Assembly (NCBI GenBank): GCA_964196475.1
Contig: CAXMUI010000026.1
Coordinates: forward strand, 1,058 to 65,057
Origin: an uncultured Acidimicrobiia bacterium
Lineage (GTDB): Bacteria > Actinomycetota > Acidimicrobiia > Acidimicrobiales > JAHEJN01
DNA length: 64,000 nucleotides
Direction of reading: 5' to 3'
Shown here: positions 46,560-55,726 of the stretch, piece after piece
Layout of the letters: the number at the start of each line of letters is the position of its first letter
How positions within the stretch are numbered: the stretch's first letter is position 1
The notes under the pieces: model-generated
The model's input: the letters and a program-made list of their open reading frames with translations, nothing else
The model's database searches: none
What the model was told of the DNA's origin: nothing
Translations under genes and position numbers: made by a program

Positions 46560-47282
46560 CTACTGGGCCAAGAACGATTTGATGGCGAGGTCGGCGGCGA
46601 CGAGAGCTTCGCCTTCTTTCCACGACTCGATGAACTCGATGTTGGGTGCGAGTTTGGCTACGGCACGGGAAATTGATTCGGGATGGTAGATGTCGTTGCC
46701 CATGAGCACGATGAGTGGGGTGTGGCAACCGGCTATGTCGTCGGGTGAGGTGTTGTACATGAAATCGCCGCCGAACATGTTGTGGGCGAATTGTTCCCAG
46801 GCAGCGTCGCTAGTTTCGGGATGAAGTTGACCAATTTCGTCTTTCCACCCGTTCACAAGATCGGTGAACACTTCACGGTTGTTGTGGACACCGATTGGTT
46901 GCAACATCACCGCTCGGGTTACGCGTTCGGGGGCGGCGGCAATAAGGCCCATGATGTAGGGACCGCCGATGCACATGCCAGCGATGGCAAAGGTGTCAAT
47001 TTGGAGGTGGTCCAGCAGGGCGAGTTGATCGTCGGTATAGGTTTCCCAGCCGTGGTGGCCAAGTAGCGGGCCGAACGAGTTGCCGGCGTTGCGTTGATCC
47101 ATGGCGATCACCGTGTGGGTGTCGGCCAGTGCCGTGATCGGGTTCCAGGGCATGTTGGCCCAGACAGCAAGTGTTGATCGCAACCCACCCGGCGCAATAA
47201 GCAAAATCGGTGGGCCATTGCCGGTGACTTCGTAGTTGAGTCGGACAAGTCCTTCGTCGGTGGTGCGTTCAAAAGTCGCCAT
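46560..47282 (-). CDS. alpha/beta-fold hydrolase
   Basis: Start trimmed to the ATG at 47282. The oxyanion PILLIAPGG and the nucleophile elbow AGMCIGG (GxCxG, Cys in the Ser position) are present. Confidence 0.7.
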   Translation of the reverse strand: MATFERTTDEGLVRLNYEVTGNGPPILLIAPGGLRSTLAVWANMPWNPITALADTHTVIAMDQRNAGNSFGPLLGHHGWETYTDDQLALLDHLQIDTFAIAGMCIGGPYIMGLIAAAPERVTRAVMLQPIGVHNNREVFTDLVNGWKDEIGQLHPETSDAAWEQFAHNMFGGDFMYNTSPDDIAGCHTPLIVLMGNDIYHPESISRAVAKLAPNIEFIESWKEGEALVAADLAIKSFLAQ

Positions 47283-47416
47283 GTTGTGTTTTAGCAGATG
47301 TAGTCCGCTTGCCCCGGTCGAAATGGCCGCGGTCATCCCTACATCCTTCTGCGGAACGCCGCAGTTGGGGAACGGAGGGACGTGCGCCATTGGATGGAAT
47401 ACGCGACACTTGGCCT

Positions 47417-48415
47417 ATGACGTTCGATGGCCCCTACTTTGACGACTTCTCCGTGGGGCAGGTACTTCCGACCGCGCCGTCAATCACCATCGACGAAGGT
47501 GTGGCCGCGCAGTATCAGGCCATCTGTGGTGACGCGTTACGCCCGTCGATCTCACTGTCTATGGCCGAGGCCATCACCGGCGTCGATCATGCCTTGATAA
47601 ATCCGGCTCTGGTCATGCATATGGCGATAGGGCAGAGCACGGTGGCCACCCGTCAGGTCATTGCCAACCTGTTCTACCGCGGCGTGCGTATGCAGAAGAC
47701 TTGTCGCGTCGGTACGACGCTGAGCAGTTCGGTCACCATCGTGGCCCTAGCTGAGGCAAAGCGTAAAGCAGGACGGCCGCCTCGAGGGAAAGTGGTACTT
47801 GGCATCCAGACCATCGATGAACTGGGTGAGATTGTTGTCGATTTCGAACGGTGTGCGTTGCTCCCATTCCGTGATCGTGATGCCGGCCCAAGTGGCCAGG
47901 ACGACGAAATTGGCTCGGCCGAGGTCGATCTTGATCTGGCTCAGTGGCACGAATGGGTGCCCGATGATTGGGATCTCACCGCGCTCGGCGACCCCACCGA
48001 CTGGCAAGTTGGCGAGGCCCGAACCGACCCGTTGCGCGACACCGTGACCAACGCGGTCGAACTTGTGCGACTTACCCAAAACCAGGCCGCAATCCACCGC
48101 GATGTCAGCCGGAGTCGAAACGGTAAGCGGTTGGTCTATGGCGGTCACACGATTGGCCTAGCGCAGGCCTCGCTGACCAGATTGTTGCCGACTGCGGCGA
48201 CGGTAATTGGATGGCATTCCTGTGATCACCTCGCCCCCGTTTACGAAAACGATGTGTTGTCGTTTCAGATCACGCTGACGGCGGAAGACAATACGCCTAC
48301 CGGACGACTATTGGCGTTTGCGATCGTGGTGCAGTCCCATCGCTATGGTCCCGAGGGTCAACGAGGCGAAACATCAACGGTGCTTGATTGGCGACCAGTG
48401 GTGTTGGCTGTCTAA
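47417..48415 (+). CDS. MaoC-like double hot-dog (enoyl/mesaconyl/itaconyl-CoA) hydratase
   Basis: Start trimmed to the ATG at 47417. About 330 aa with two hot-dog halves. The second half carries LTQNQAAIHRD...YGGHTIGLA. Confidence 0.7.
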   Translation: MTFDGPYFDDFSVGQVLPTAPSITIDEGVAAQYQAICGDALRPSISLSMAEAITGVDHALINPALVMHMAIGQSTVATRQVIANLFYRGVRMQKTCRVGTTLSSSVTIVALAEAKRKAGRPPRGKVVLGIQTIDELGEIVVDFERCALLPFRDRDAGPSGQDDEIGSAEVDLDLAQWHEWVPDDWDLTALGDPTDWQVGEARTDPLRDTVTNAVELVRLTQNQAAIHRDVSRSRNGKRLVYGGHTIGLAQASLTRLLPTAATVIGWHSCDHLAPVYENDVLSFQITLTAEDNTPTGRLLAFAIVVQSHRYGPEGQRGETSTVLDWRPVVLAV

Positions 48416-49617
48416 GACGGCCCCGCCACGACTCCACCGTCGTGGAGGTGACCAATCTCTGCGTCAGACAGAGACAAAATCTGGCTCAGGATCTGATCGG
48501 TGTGTTCGCCCAGCGCGGGGGCGGCTGTGGGTTCCACGGGGATGTCGGCGTTGAACGCCACGGGCGAACCCGGGGTGAGGTAGGTGCCAATATTGGGCTG
48601 TTCGACATTACGAAACAAGGTACTTTCGACTGAGGCCCGGGGGTCGTTAGCGACGAGTTCTTCGAACGTTTGATATGGGCCCCAGCACACACCAAGATCG
48701 TCGAACACCGCAGCGGTCGCCGTCAGCGTGTGTTGGCCAATCCAGGCCTGCATTACTGCCTTAATGTCGGCCCGAGCCGTAAAGCGGTGGCCCTCGTCGC
48801 GGAAGTTCAACCCATCACGGTTAGCAATGGCGGTGATTGCTTCGGTTGACTCGGTGGCTTCTTGCAAGACCTTCCACTGCTTCGGGCTGATGCCGACTGC
48901 GTAGAGGTGACGGTTATCGACGGTCACGAACTCGGCCCCAAAAGCACCGTAGAGGTCGTTGCCGTAGCGCTCCCGTTGGGTTCCGTTGATTTGTGCTTCG
49001 CCGATGTGACCGAGCGCACTCACTGCAGCCAGCGCCACATCAGAAAGTGCCAAAGTCATGGACGATCCTTCGCCGGTTCGCAGGCGGTGGCGGTCGGCTG
49101 CTAACAGGCCAAGTGCGGCGGTCTGGCCACACACCAAGTCCCACGCAGGGAGCACATGGTTAATGGGTTTGTCGTCATCAACGGGACCCGTTGCGTACGG
49201 ATAGCCAATGGCGGAGTTGACCGTGTAGTCGAGGGCCGTTGAACCGTCGCGGTTGCCGGTAATGGCCAACATTACGAGATCGGGACGTGGCGCCGAAAGG
49301 GCCTCGTAACTCATCCATCCACGGGTCGGGAAGTTGGTGAGAAAGGTGCCGGTGGTCGCGACTAGGGCGGCGAGAATTTCCTGGGCACGCGGGTCACGGA
49401 GGTTGACGGCGATGGACCGTTTGCCTTTGTTAAGACCGGCCCAATACAACGACTCGCCTTGCTCCGTAAGCGGCCAGCGTTTGTAATCGAGCCCGCCCCC
49501 AATGTTGTCAAACCGGATCACGTCGGCGCCAAGTTGGGCCAGCGTCATGCCACCAGAAGGGGCCGCGACGAATGCCGAACCCTCGATGACGGAAAATCCT
49601 TCGAGTGGTGCGATCAC
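48412..49617 (-). CDS. family III CoA-transferase (CaiB/BaiF), mesaconyl-CoA C1-C4 transferase-like
   Basis: 401 aa. VIEGSAFVAAPSGGMTLAQLGADVIRFD, WAGLNKGKRSIA and GEHTDQIL are present. I recall a close resemblance to the intramolecular Mct-type transferases. Confidence 0.8.
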   Translation of the reverse strand: MIAPLEGFSVIEGSAFVAAPSGGMTLAQLGADVIRFDNIGGGLDYKRWPLTEQGESLYWAGLNKGKRSIAVNLRDPRAQEILAALVATTGTFLTNFPTRGWMSYEALSAPRPDLVMLAITGNRDGSTALDYTVNSAIGYPYATGPVDDDKPINHVLPAWDLVCGQTAALGLLAADRHRLRTGEGSSMTLALSDVALAAVSALGHIGEAQINGTQRERYGNDLYGAFGAEFVTVDNRHLYAVGISPKQWKVLQEATESTEAITAIANRDGLNFRDEGHRFTARADIKAVMQAWIGQHTLTATAAVFDDLGVCWGPYQTFEELVANDPRASVESTLFRNVEQPNIGTYLTPGSPVAFNADIPVEPTAAPALGEHTDQILSQILSLSDAEIGHLHDGGVVAGPS

Positions 49618-49620
49618 GGC

Positions 49621-50172
49621 TTACTGCATCCCTTTGGGTGCGACATTGCGTTGGCTGACCTCGACGAGTTGGCCTTTTCGAACCTCGTAGCTAATGACGT
49701 GATCAACGGAGTGCTGGCCGGACCGGGCTCGGCCGGTGACGACATCGAGTTCCATACGTTCAATCTTGGGCAACAACGCCACGGCACGAAAGCCATCGGT
49801 CTTGCCGGGCGAGGAGCGTTTCTCTTCGTGGATGAGTTCGGCACAGTCCCAGATCCAGGTGTCGTTGACGCTCACAAATCGGCACCGATGGTTGACCCTG
49901 CTCTTGGAGATGATGGCGCCAGGGCAAACCACGTACGGGCCATTGATCCACGGACGCGAGGCCATGCCATCCTTGCTGAATCCGTGTTCGAACGCCTCGG
50001 CTATAACGGCGTCTTGGTCGCCATCTTCGACGGCTCGACGTTGTACTTCGTCGGCGATGGCTTCGCCGAGGTGTAATAAGATTTCGTCGTTCAACTTGCC
50101 ACACAGTTCGACCGCGGTGTCGGGGTCGTCGGTCAGGTGCTTAACGATCGTTCCATACCGCCGTGTTGCCAT
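49621..50172 (-). CDS. hypothetical protein (no family recognised)
   Basis: 183 aa. It sits 3 nt upstream of the CoA-transferase gene and 11 nt downstream of the ACAD gene on the same strand. Codon third positions are GC-rich. Confidence 0.55.
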   Translation of the reverse strand: MATRRYGTIVKHLTDDPDTAVELCGKLNDEILLHLGEAIADEVQRRAVEDGDQDAVIAEAFEHGFSKDGMASRPWINGPYVVCPGAIISKSRVNHRCRFVSVNDTWIWDCAELIHEEKRSSPGKTDGFRAVALLPKIERMELDVVTGRARSGQHSVDHVISYEVRKGQLVEVSQRNVAPKGMQ

Positions 50173-50183
50173 AGAAGCAGACC

Positions 50184-51326
50184 TTACAGGCCGAGGTCCT
50201 TGGCAACGATGGTCTTGAGAATCTCGTTGGTTCCGCCGTAGATAGAACTGACGCGAGAGTCGGCGTAAATGCGTGCGATTGGGTATTCCATCATGAAGCC
50301 ATAGCCGCCAAAGAGTTGGAGGCAGCGATCGACTGCTCGATTTTGCAAGTCAGTGGCTAGCACCTTGGCCGCGGCTGCCTTCGCCGGAGTGAGCGTGTCG
50401 TCGTTGAGTTCGATCACACATTCGCGCATAAACGCTTCGGCAGATTCGATCTCGATCGACACTTCCGCTAGGACGAACTTCGTGTTCTGGAACGATGAAA
50501 TAGGTTTGCCAAAAGCGGTGCGCTCTTTGACGTATTCGATCGTCCAGTTGAGGGCTTCGCGGGCGACGGCCACGCTCCCGACAGCAAGGGACAAACGTTC
50601 TTGGGAAAGGTTTTGGGTGAGTTGGCGGAAACCAGAGCCCTCGTCACCCAAAAGGTTCGTCACAGGGACCCGCACATCGGTGAAAAACAGTTCCGCAGTG
50701 TCCTGGGCATGGAGGCCGAGTTTCTCAAGATTGCGACCCCGTTCGAACCCGGGCATGCCTCGCTCGATGACCAACAAACTCATGCCGCCATGGCGTTGAG
50801 ACGGATCAGTCTTGGCCACCACAACAATGAGGTCGGAATTGATGCCGTTGGTGATGAAGGTCTTGGAGCCGTTGACGATGTACTCGTCGCCATCTCGAAT
50901 GGCTGTGGTGATAACCCCAGCGAGATCTGATCCGGTTCCAGGTTCGGTCATGGCGACAGCGGTGATGAGTTCGCCGCTCGCTATGCCGGGCAACCAGCGG
51001 GCTTTTTGTTCGTCGTTGCAGAACTTGGTGAAGTAAGGGATCAAGATGTCCACGTGCAACGGGAAGCCAGCGCCAGAACCACCGGCCGCCGCGTAAGCCA
51101 ACTCCTCGGCCCAAATATGGTTGAATCGAAAATCGTCGATTCCGCCACCACCAAACTTCTCGGCGATCGCCATGCCGAGGAAACCTTGCGAACCAGCATC
51201 GGCAAACAGTTGCCGGGGAACGATGCCGTCGGCTTCCCATTGGTCAATGTTCGGTACCACGTTTGTCGCCAGCCAACCTCGCAAGCTAGAGCGGAACATT
51301 TCGTGGTCGTCGTCGTAGTAACTCAT
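50184..51326 (-). CDS. acyl-CoA dehydrogenase
   Basis: 380 aa. AMTEPGTGSDLAG, GSKTFITNG and GGYGFMMEYPIARIYADSRVSSIYGGTNEI are present. Confidence 0.9.
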   Translation of the reverse strand: MSYYDDDHEMFRSSLRGWLATNVVPNIDQWEADGIVPRQLFADAGSQGFLGMAIAEKFGGGGIDDFRFNHIWAEELAYAAAGGSGAGFPLHVDILIPYFTKFCNDEQKARWLPGIASGELITAVAMTEPGTGSDLAGVITTAIRDGDEYIVNGSKTFITNGINSDLIVVVAKTDPSQRHGGMSLLVIERGMPGFERGRNLEKLGLHAQDTAELFFTDVRVPVTNLLGDEGSGFRQLTQNLSQERLSLAVGSVAVAREALNWTIEYVKERTAFGKPISSFQNTKFVLAEVSIEIESAEAFMRECVIELNDDTLTPAKAAAAKVLATDLQNRAVDRCLQLFGGYGFMMEYPIARIYADSRVSSIYGGTNEILKTIVAKDLGL

Positions 51327-51676
51327 GGAGTGTCCTTGGCCGGGGAGGTCGGGCGATTAGGTAAGACGCATCGACGGCTCAAACTGGCCGTGGCGACGCC
51401 GCGCACCAATGCCGCGTCGACGCGCCCAAAGTGCTGACTGTGCGAACCTTGGGGGCTCCAGAGGTCGATGAGTTCGGTGTCGAGACCACGAACCCACTTG
51501 ACGACATCGATCTGTTTCCAAGGGTGACCACAAACCACAATGGAGTTCACCCGTACCTGCGCCGACGGACTGATCAAAATGATCTCTCCGTCGACCAGGT
51601 CGGGATGCATACTGTCACCAGAAACGCGGTACCGGTAGCGTCGCCGAAGCGACCACTTCAGTAACTCGCGCAACAT
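51323..51676 (-). CDS. sodX: NiSOD maturation protease (S26/S24-like)
   Basis: 117 aa. The catalytic-Ser motif VSGDSMHPDLVDGEIIL is present. It lies immediately downstream of sodN. Confidence 0.8.
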   Translation of the reverse strand: MLRELLKWSLRRRYRYRVSGDSMHPDLVDGEIILISPSAQVRVNSIVVCGHPWKQIDVVKWVRGLDTELIDLWSPQGSHSQHFGRVDAALVRGVATASLSRRCVLPNRPTSPAKDTP

Positions 51677-51685
51677 GCGGTTGAA

Positions 51686-52135
51686 CTAGCCAGCGAGGTA
51701 GAAGTTGACGTCGCGACCCTTGGCACCCCAGAAGATGTTGTGGATCTTTTCACATGATGCAATCAGAGCATCGCAGGCCTCGAGGTCGAGACCCTGTTTG
51801 ACGGCGGAACACTGCTTGGCGGCGTTCCAGAAAGTGTCGTGAAGATCGGGGTTGGCTTCGAGGTGCTCAGGCTTGAAGAAGTCGGTCCACAAGATCAGCA
51901 ATTCGTGCTTGGTGGCTTCGGCTTGTTCTTCTTTGATGAGCGCAAAGCGCGCCATGGTGTTGGCGTAGTTCGCGCGGGCAGCATCGTCGCCTGCTGGGGC
52001 GTGCGTATCGAGCATTTTCTTGGTCATTGAGCGGGCAGCCTCGGCGGTGATGCGGGCTGCTGCTGGGTCATAAATGCCGCATGGACCATCGCAATGGGCC
52101 TCGGCTACGGGAAGGTTGGATGTGAAGAAAGCCAC
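51686..52135 (-). CDS. sodN: nickel-containing superoxide dismutase precursor
   Basis: A 13-residue propeptide (MAFFTSNLPVAEA) is followed by the Ni-hook HCDGPCGIYDP. GTG start with an AGGAG RBS. Confidence 0.92.
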   Translation of the reverse strand: MAFFTSNLPVAEAHCDGPCGIYDPAAARITAEAARSMTKKMLDTHAPAGDDAARANYANTMARFALIKEEQAEATKHELLILWTDFFKPEHLEANPDLHDTFWNAAKQCSAVKQGLDLEACDALIASCEKIHNIFWGAKGRDVNFYLAG

Positions 52136-52147
52136 GGGTGCTCCTAG

Positions 52148-52165
52148 GGCAATGGGGGCATTGCC
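52148..52165 (-). promoter_or_regulatory. 7-4-7 inverted repeat GGCAATG-GGGG-CATTGCC abutting the sodN RBS
   Basis: Read directly. Either a 5'-UTR hairpin or a metalloregulator (Nur/Fur-type) site. Function is inferred only. Confidence 0.3.
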
Positions 52166-52438
52166 ACAATCGGGGTTAGTTGGTATCTCGCGAAACTAGC
52201 GGGTGATGGGTTCAAGAGCGACTCATAGTCCTAAGAATGGTGAATTTGCGCCGCAGGGTTGTCCTAACGCCCACTTCGGTTACGCTTTACACATAACACA
52301 GCCGGAACGCCGGGCCTCGGGAGGTCCAGACGAAACGCCGTGTTAATCCAGACTCCGGCACAACCATTGTGCGCAGTCCACATTCCCGTGGGTTGTTGGG
52401 GTCGAGTACAGCTGTAGCTGGAGAAGACGATTTCCACC

Positions 52439-55400
52439 GTGACGTTAGACGGAACTGCAATCGAAGATGGCGACGTAACAGACGATGTTGTCAGTAGCGA
52501 CGCCGAAAATGCGGCGCCTACGGAGGGGGTCGTAGCTTCTCCGCTATCGCCTGATTTTGCTGCAATAGTGCGCAATCAACTTGATGGCTTGGCGAGCCCT
52601 GCCGACGTTGCTTTGTTGCAATCCGCTGATGGTGCTTGGTTAGGTGCGCTCTGGGACATTCTGGACGATGTTGAAGATCTCGCTGAATTTGCCCGCGGCC
52701 TCGATGCCGATATTCGGGCGCAGGTACTTAGTGACGTCGATATTGAGCGAGATGCGGTGAAGGCAGCGATCACCGACGTTCGCCGCAGGATTCTCGGTGA
52801 GAAAGCCGTTCCCGAAGCTAATCCTGAAGAAGAACTAGTAACGAGTGGCCTGCAACTTTCGTGGTTCCCCGGTCATGTAGTCGCATGGACAGGCGGACCT
52901 CGGACACCGCCCGGAACCGAAAAACAGACCATCAAGTTGCTCGCCGAGGCGGGAGCACCCTCGGTTGGCTGGACGAAACACGACCCCGTTCCGCTGCCTG
53001 GTGGTGGCCGAGCCGACGCTCTTGTGGCCAAGATTGGCGATGTGCTTGGATGGCTGGTGGCTGTCGGAGCCAAGGCCGAGACCGAAAACATCACCTCAAG
53101 TTTGGGTTGGCTTGGACGAGTCGCAGTTATGGCGGTCGATATCACCTCCCGCGGCGCAATGGTGCCGTTGCTCGTGCAAGCCAAGGGTGGTCGCAATGCC
53201 GGCAACACTGGCACGTATCACGTTCGCTGGGAGCCAGCTCTTACTGATCCTCGTGAACTCGAGTTGCTCGCCACGTCGTTGCCCGGGGCGAGCGCGGCGT
53301 ACGACCGTCAAGCCGACCGCCGTCATATCGCGCGAGGGGCGCTCAACGACCTCGTTGGCGCCATTTGTGAAACGGCAGCTAGTCAGATTCCGGTTTCTAC
53401 ACCGCCACCAATGCCCACCAATGCCCAAGACGTTGCCGAGTCCGTGCTGTCGCGCCTTGATGGTTCGTCGTTCCAAGCACCGCAGAACGCAGGTGGCGAG
53501 GTGGTGCGCCGGCTTGATCAATGGGCGCATCCCATCACGTCTCCATCGAAGAGCACCCTGGTGGTCCAACTTGATCCACCCGACTCTTCCGAAGCCTGGC
53601 TACTTCAGGTGTTGGCGCCTAACTCCGAAGGGCATCTAGAACCAGTCGAAGTGGCGCAGGTCACGGCGTCGCCGAACCGACGCAAAGAAGTTAAGGACAA
53701 CCTTAAGCGGCTCGAACAACTCGTACCGGTCTTAATGCGCCCCGGATCGCATCGCCGTGGCGAGGTCTTGCTTGGTCAAGACGAAGCCTGGGAACTCATG
53801 ACCGTCATCGGCCCAACGCTGCAAGCGGCTGGCTTCGACGTTCGGGTTCCTCAACTCAGCCGTCGTAAGGCCACTGCGTCGTTACGACTTACCGCCGACG
53901 AAGCACAAGACACCGTGGTTGGTGCGCAACAGTTGGCGAACGTTCGTTGGTCAGCGGTGTTCGACGATGTCGAACTGACCGTCGACGAAATCCGCGCCCT
54001 GGCATCACAAGCTAAACCGCTCGTAAAGTCGCGAGGCAAATGGGTCGAAATCGACCAAGCCGACCTCAAGGAGGCCGCGGCGGCATTGGCCGAGCGGGCC
54101 GACAAGACGCAGCTTTCCGGGGCCGAGATGTTACGTCTGGCTTTGGGGATCGACGAATCGCCATTGGCTGGTGGTGTATCGCTATCTGGCGCCGGTTGGG
54201 CTACCGAATTGCTCGAATCGGCCAGGCAACTGCCCGTAGAACCCCCAACCGAACCCGAAGGATTTGACGGCACGTTGCGCAGCTATCAGGCGGAGGCGCT
54301 GGCGTGGATGGGCTTCCTCGATCAGGCCAGCTTGGGTGGGTGTTTGGCGCTTGACATGGGTCTTGGTAAGACGCCCACGATGTTGGCTCATCTCAACATG
54401 CAAAAAGGCAAGGGTCCGGCGCTGGCTATTTTGCCGCCTGCTGTACTTGGCAACTGGTTTATCGAGGCCCAAAAGTTTGTTCCGGATCTTAAGGTTCGCG
54501 TGCATCACGGCGCCAGTCGCGTGTCACCGGACAAGATTGCCGACATGGTCGGCAAGGTCGATTTAGTGCTCACCACTTACGGTACGGCTGTTCGCGATAT
54601 GGATGCTATGGCGAAGCTCGATTGGGATTGTGTCTTGCTCGATGAGGCCCAGGTCATCAAGAACTCTGCCAGCGAGACTGCTCAGCAGTTGCGCCGACTG
54701 AATGCCCGAACCCGTTTCGCCCTTACCGGTACACCAATCGAAAACGGCCTGGGTGACCTTTGGTCGATTATGGACTTTGTTAATCCCAAGCTTGTGGGGG
54801 CGCGTGGCCCGTTCATTAATGCCTTGTCGGTAACGGGCGATGCAAAGGCTGGCGCCGAGTCTGCCCTCAAGGCGCTTAATGGCATCTTGGTGTTCCGACG
54901 GACCAAGGCCGAGCCGGCAATTGCCGCCGAGCTTCCTGATCGTATTGACGAGTTGGATCATTGCCCAATGACCCCCGAACAAATTGGGTTATATCAGGCG
55001 GTGCTTGACAGTCTCATTGTTGATTCGGAGTCAGGCGAAGACACCCGAAAGGGAGCGGTATTGGCGGCGATTACTGCACTCAAACAAATTTGCAATCACC
55101 CGGTCAACTACCAAGATGATGACAAGGGTTTGCCGGGTCGATCCGGCAAATTGGCCCGTCTCGAAGAAATTGTCGATCGGGTATACGCCGCGGGCGAGAA
55201 GGTACTGGTCTTCACCCACTTTGCAAGTTGGGGCGAGAAACTTGCCACCCATCTCAGTGACCGGATGGAAACCGAGATCGAGTGCTATCACGGTGGTCTG
55301 TCGCGCGGCGCGCGCGACAAAATGATCGACAAGTTTCAAGAGGCCGACGGTGCCGGTTGTCTCGTGCTCTCTCTTAAGGCGGGTGGTACCGGCCTTAACC

Positions 55401-55726
55401 TCACAGCAGCCAGTCACGTCGTGCTGTACGACCGCTGGTGGAATCCGGCGGTAGAAGACCAAGCCCGAGATCGAGTGTGGCGTATAGGGCAGACCAAGAC
55501 CGTGATTGCTCACCGTCTGGTGTGTCCGGGCACGATCGATGAACGGGTCGAGGAAGTTGTGCAAGGCAAGCGTCGCATTGCCGACATGGTGTTGCCAAAA
55601 TCCAGTTCGATTGGTGATCTTGACAACGATCAGTTGCGCCAGGCACTGGGCCTGAAGACCGACTCAATGTTGGTCGATGATGAGCCTGATGCCACGGTAG
55701 GCAAAGCCGAGAAGGTGAACGCGTAA
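52439..55726 (+). CDS. SNF2-family helicase with N-terminal SNF2-associated region (HelZ-like)
   Basis: 1095 aa. LADDMGLGKT-like ALDMGLGKTP, DExx box LLDEAQVIKN, LTGTPIENGL and motif VI QARDRVWRIGQ are present. The N-terminal ~600 aa includes the LVKSRGKWVEIDQ segment typical of bacterial SNF2-associated domains. Confidence 0.9.
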   Translation: MTLDGTAIEDGDVTDDVVSSDAENAAPTEGVVASPLSPDFAAIVRNQLDGLASPADVALLQSADGAWLGALWDILDDVEDLAEFARGLDADIRAQVLSDVDIERDAVKAAITDVRRRILGEKAVPEANPEEELVTSGLQLSWFPGHVVAWTGGPRTPPGTEKQTIKLLAEAGAPSVGWTKHDPVPLPGGGRADALVAKIGDVLGWLVAVGAKAETENITSSLGWLGRVAVMAVDITSRGAMVPLLVQAKGGRNAGNTGTYHVRWEPALTDPRELELLATSLPGASAAYDRQADRRHIARGALNDLVGAICETAASQIPVSTPPPMPTNAQDVAESVLSRLDGSSFQAPQNAGGEVVRRLDQWAHPITSPSKSTLVVQLDPPDSSEAWLLQVLAPNSEGHLEPVEVAQVTASPNRRKEVKDNLKRLEQLVPVLMRPGSHRRGEVLLGQDEAWELMTVIGPTLQAAGFDVRVPQLSRRKATASLRLTADEAQDTVVGAQQLANVRWSAVFDDVELTVDEIRALASQAKPLVKSRGKWVEIDQADLKEAAAALAERADKTQLSGAEMLRLALGIDESPLAGGVSLSGAGWATELLESARQLPVEPPTEPEGFDGTLRSYQAEALAWMGFLDQASLGGCLALDMGLGKTPTMLAHLNMQKGKGPALAILPPAVLGNWFIEAQKFVPDLKVRVHHGASRVSPDKIADMVGKVDLVLTTYGTAVRDMDAMAKLDWDCVLLDEAQVIKNSASETAQQLRRLNARTRFALTGTPIENGLGDLWSIMDFVNPKLVGARGPFINALSVTGDAKAGAESALKALNGILVFRRTKAEPAIAAELPDRIDELDHCPMTPEQIGLYQAVLDSLIVDSESGEDTRKGAVLAAITALKQICNHPVNYQDDDKGLPGRSGKLARLEEIVDRVYAAGEKVLVFTHFASWGEKLATHLSDRMETEIECYHGGLSRGARDKMIDKFQEADGAGCLVLSLKAGGTGLNLTAASHVVLYDRWWNPAVEDQARDRVWRIGQTKTVIAHRLVCPGTIDERVEEVVQGKRRIADMVLPKSSSIGDLDNDQLRQALGLKTDSMLVDDEPDATVGKAEKVNA

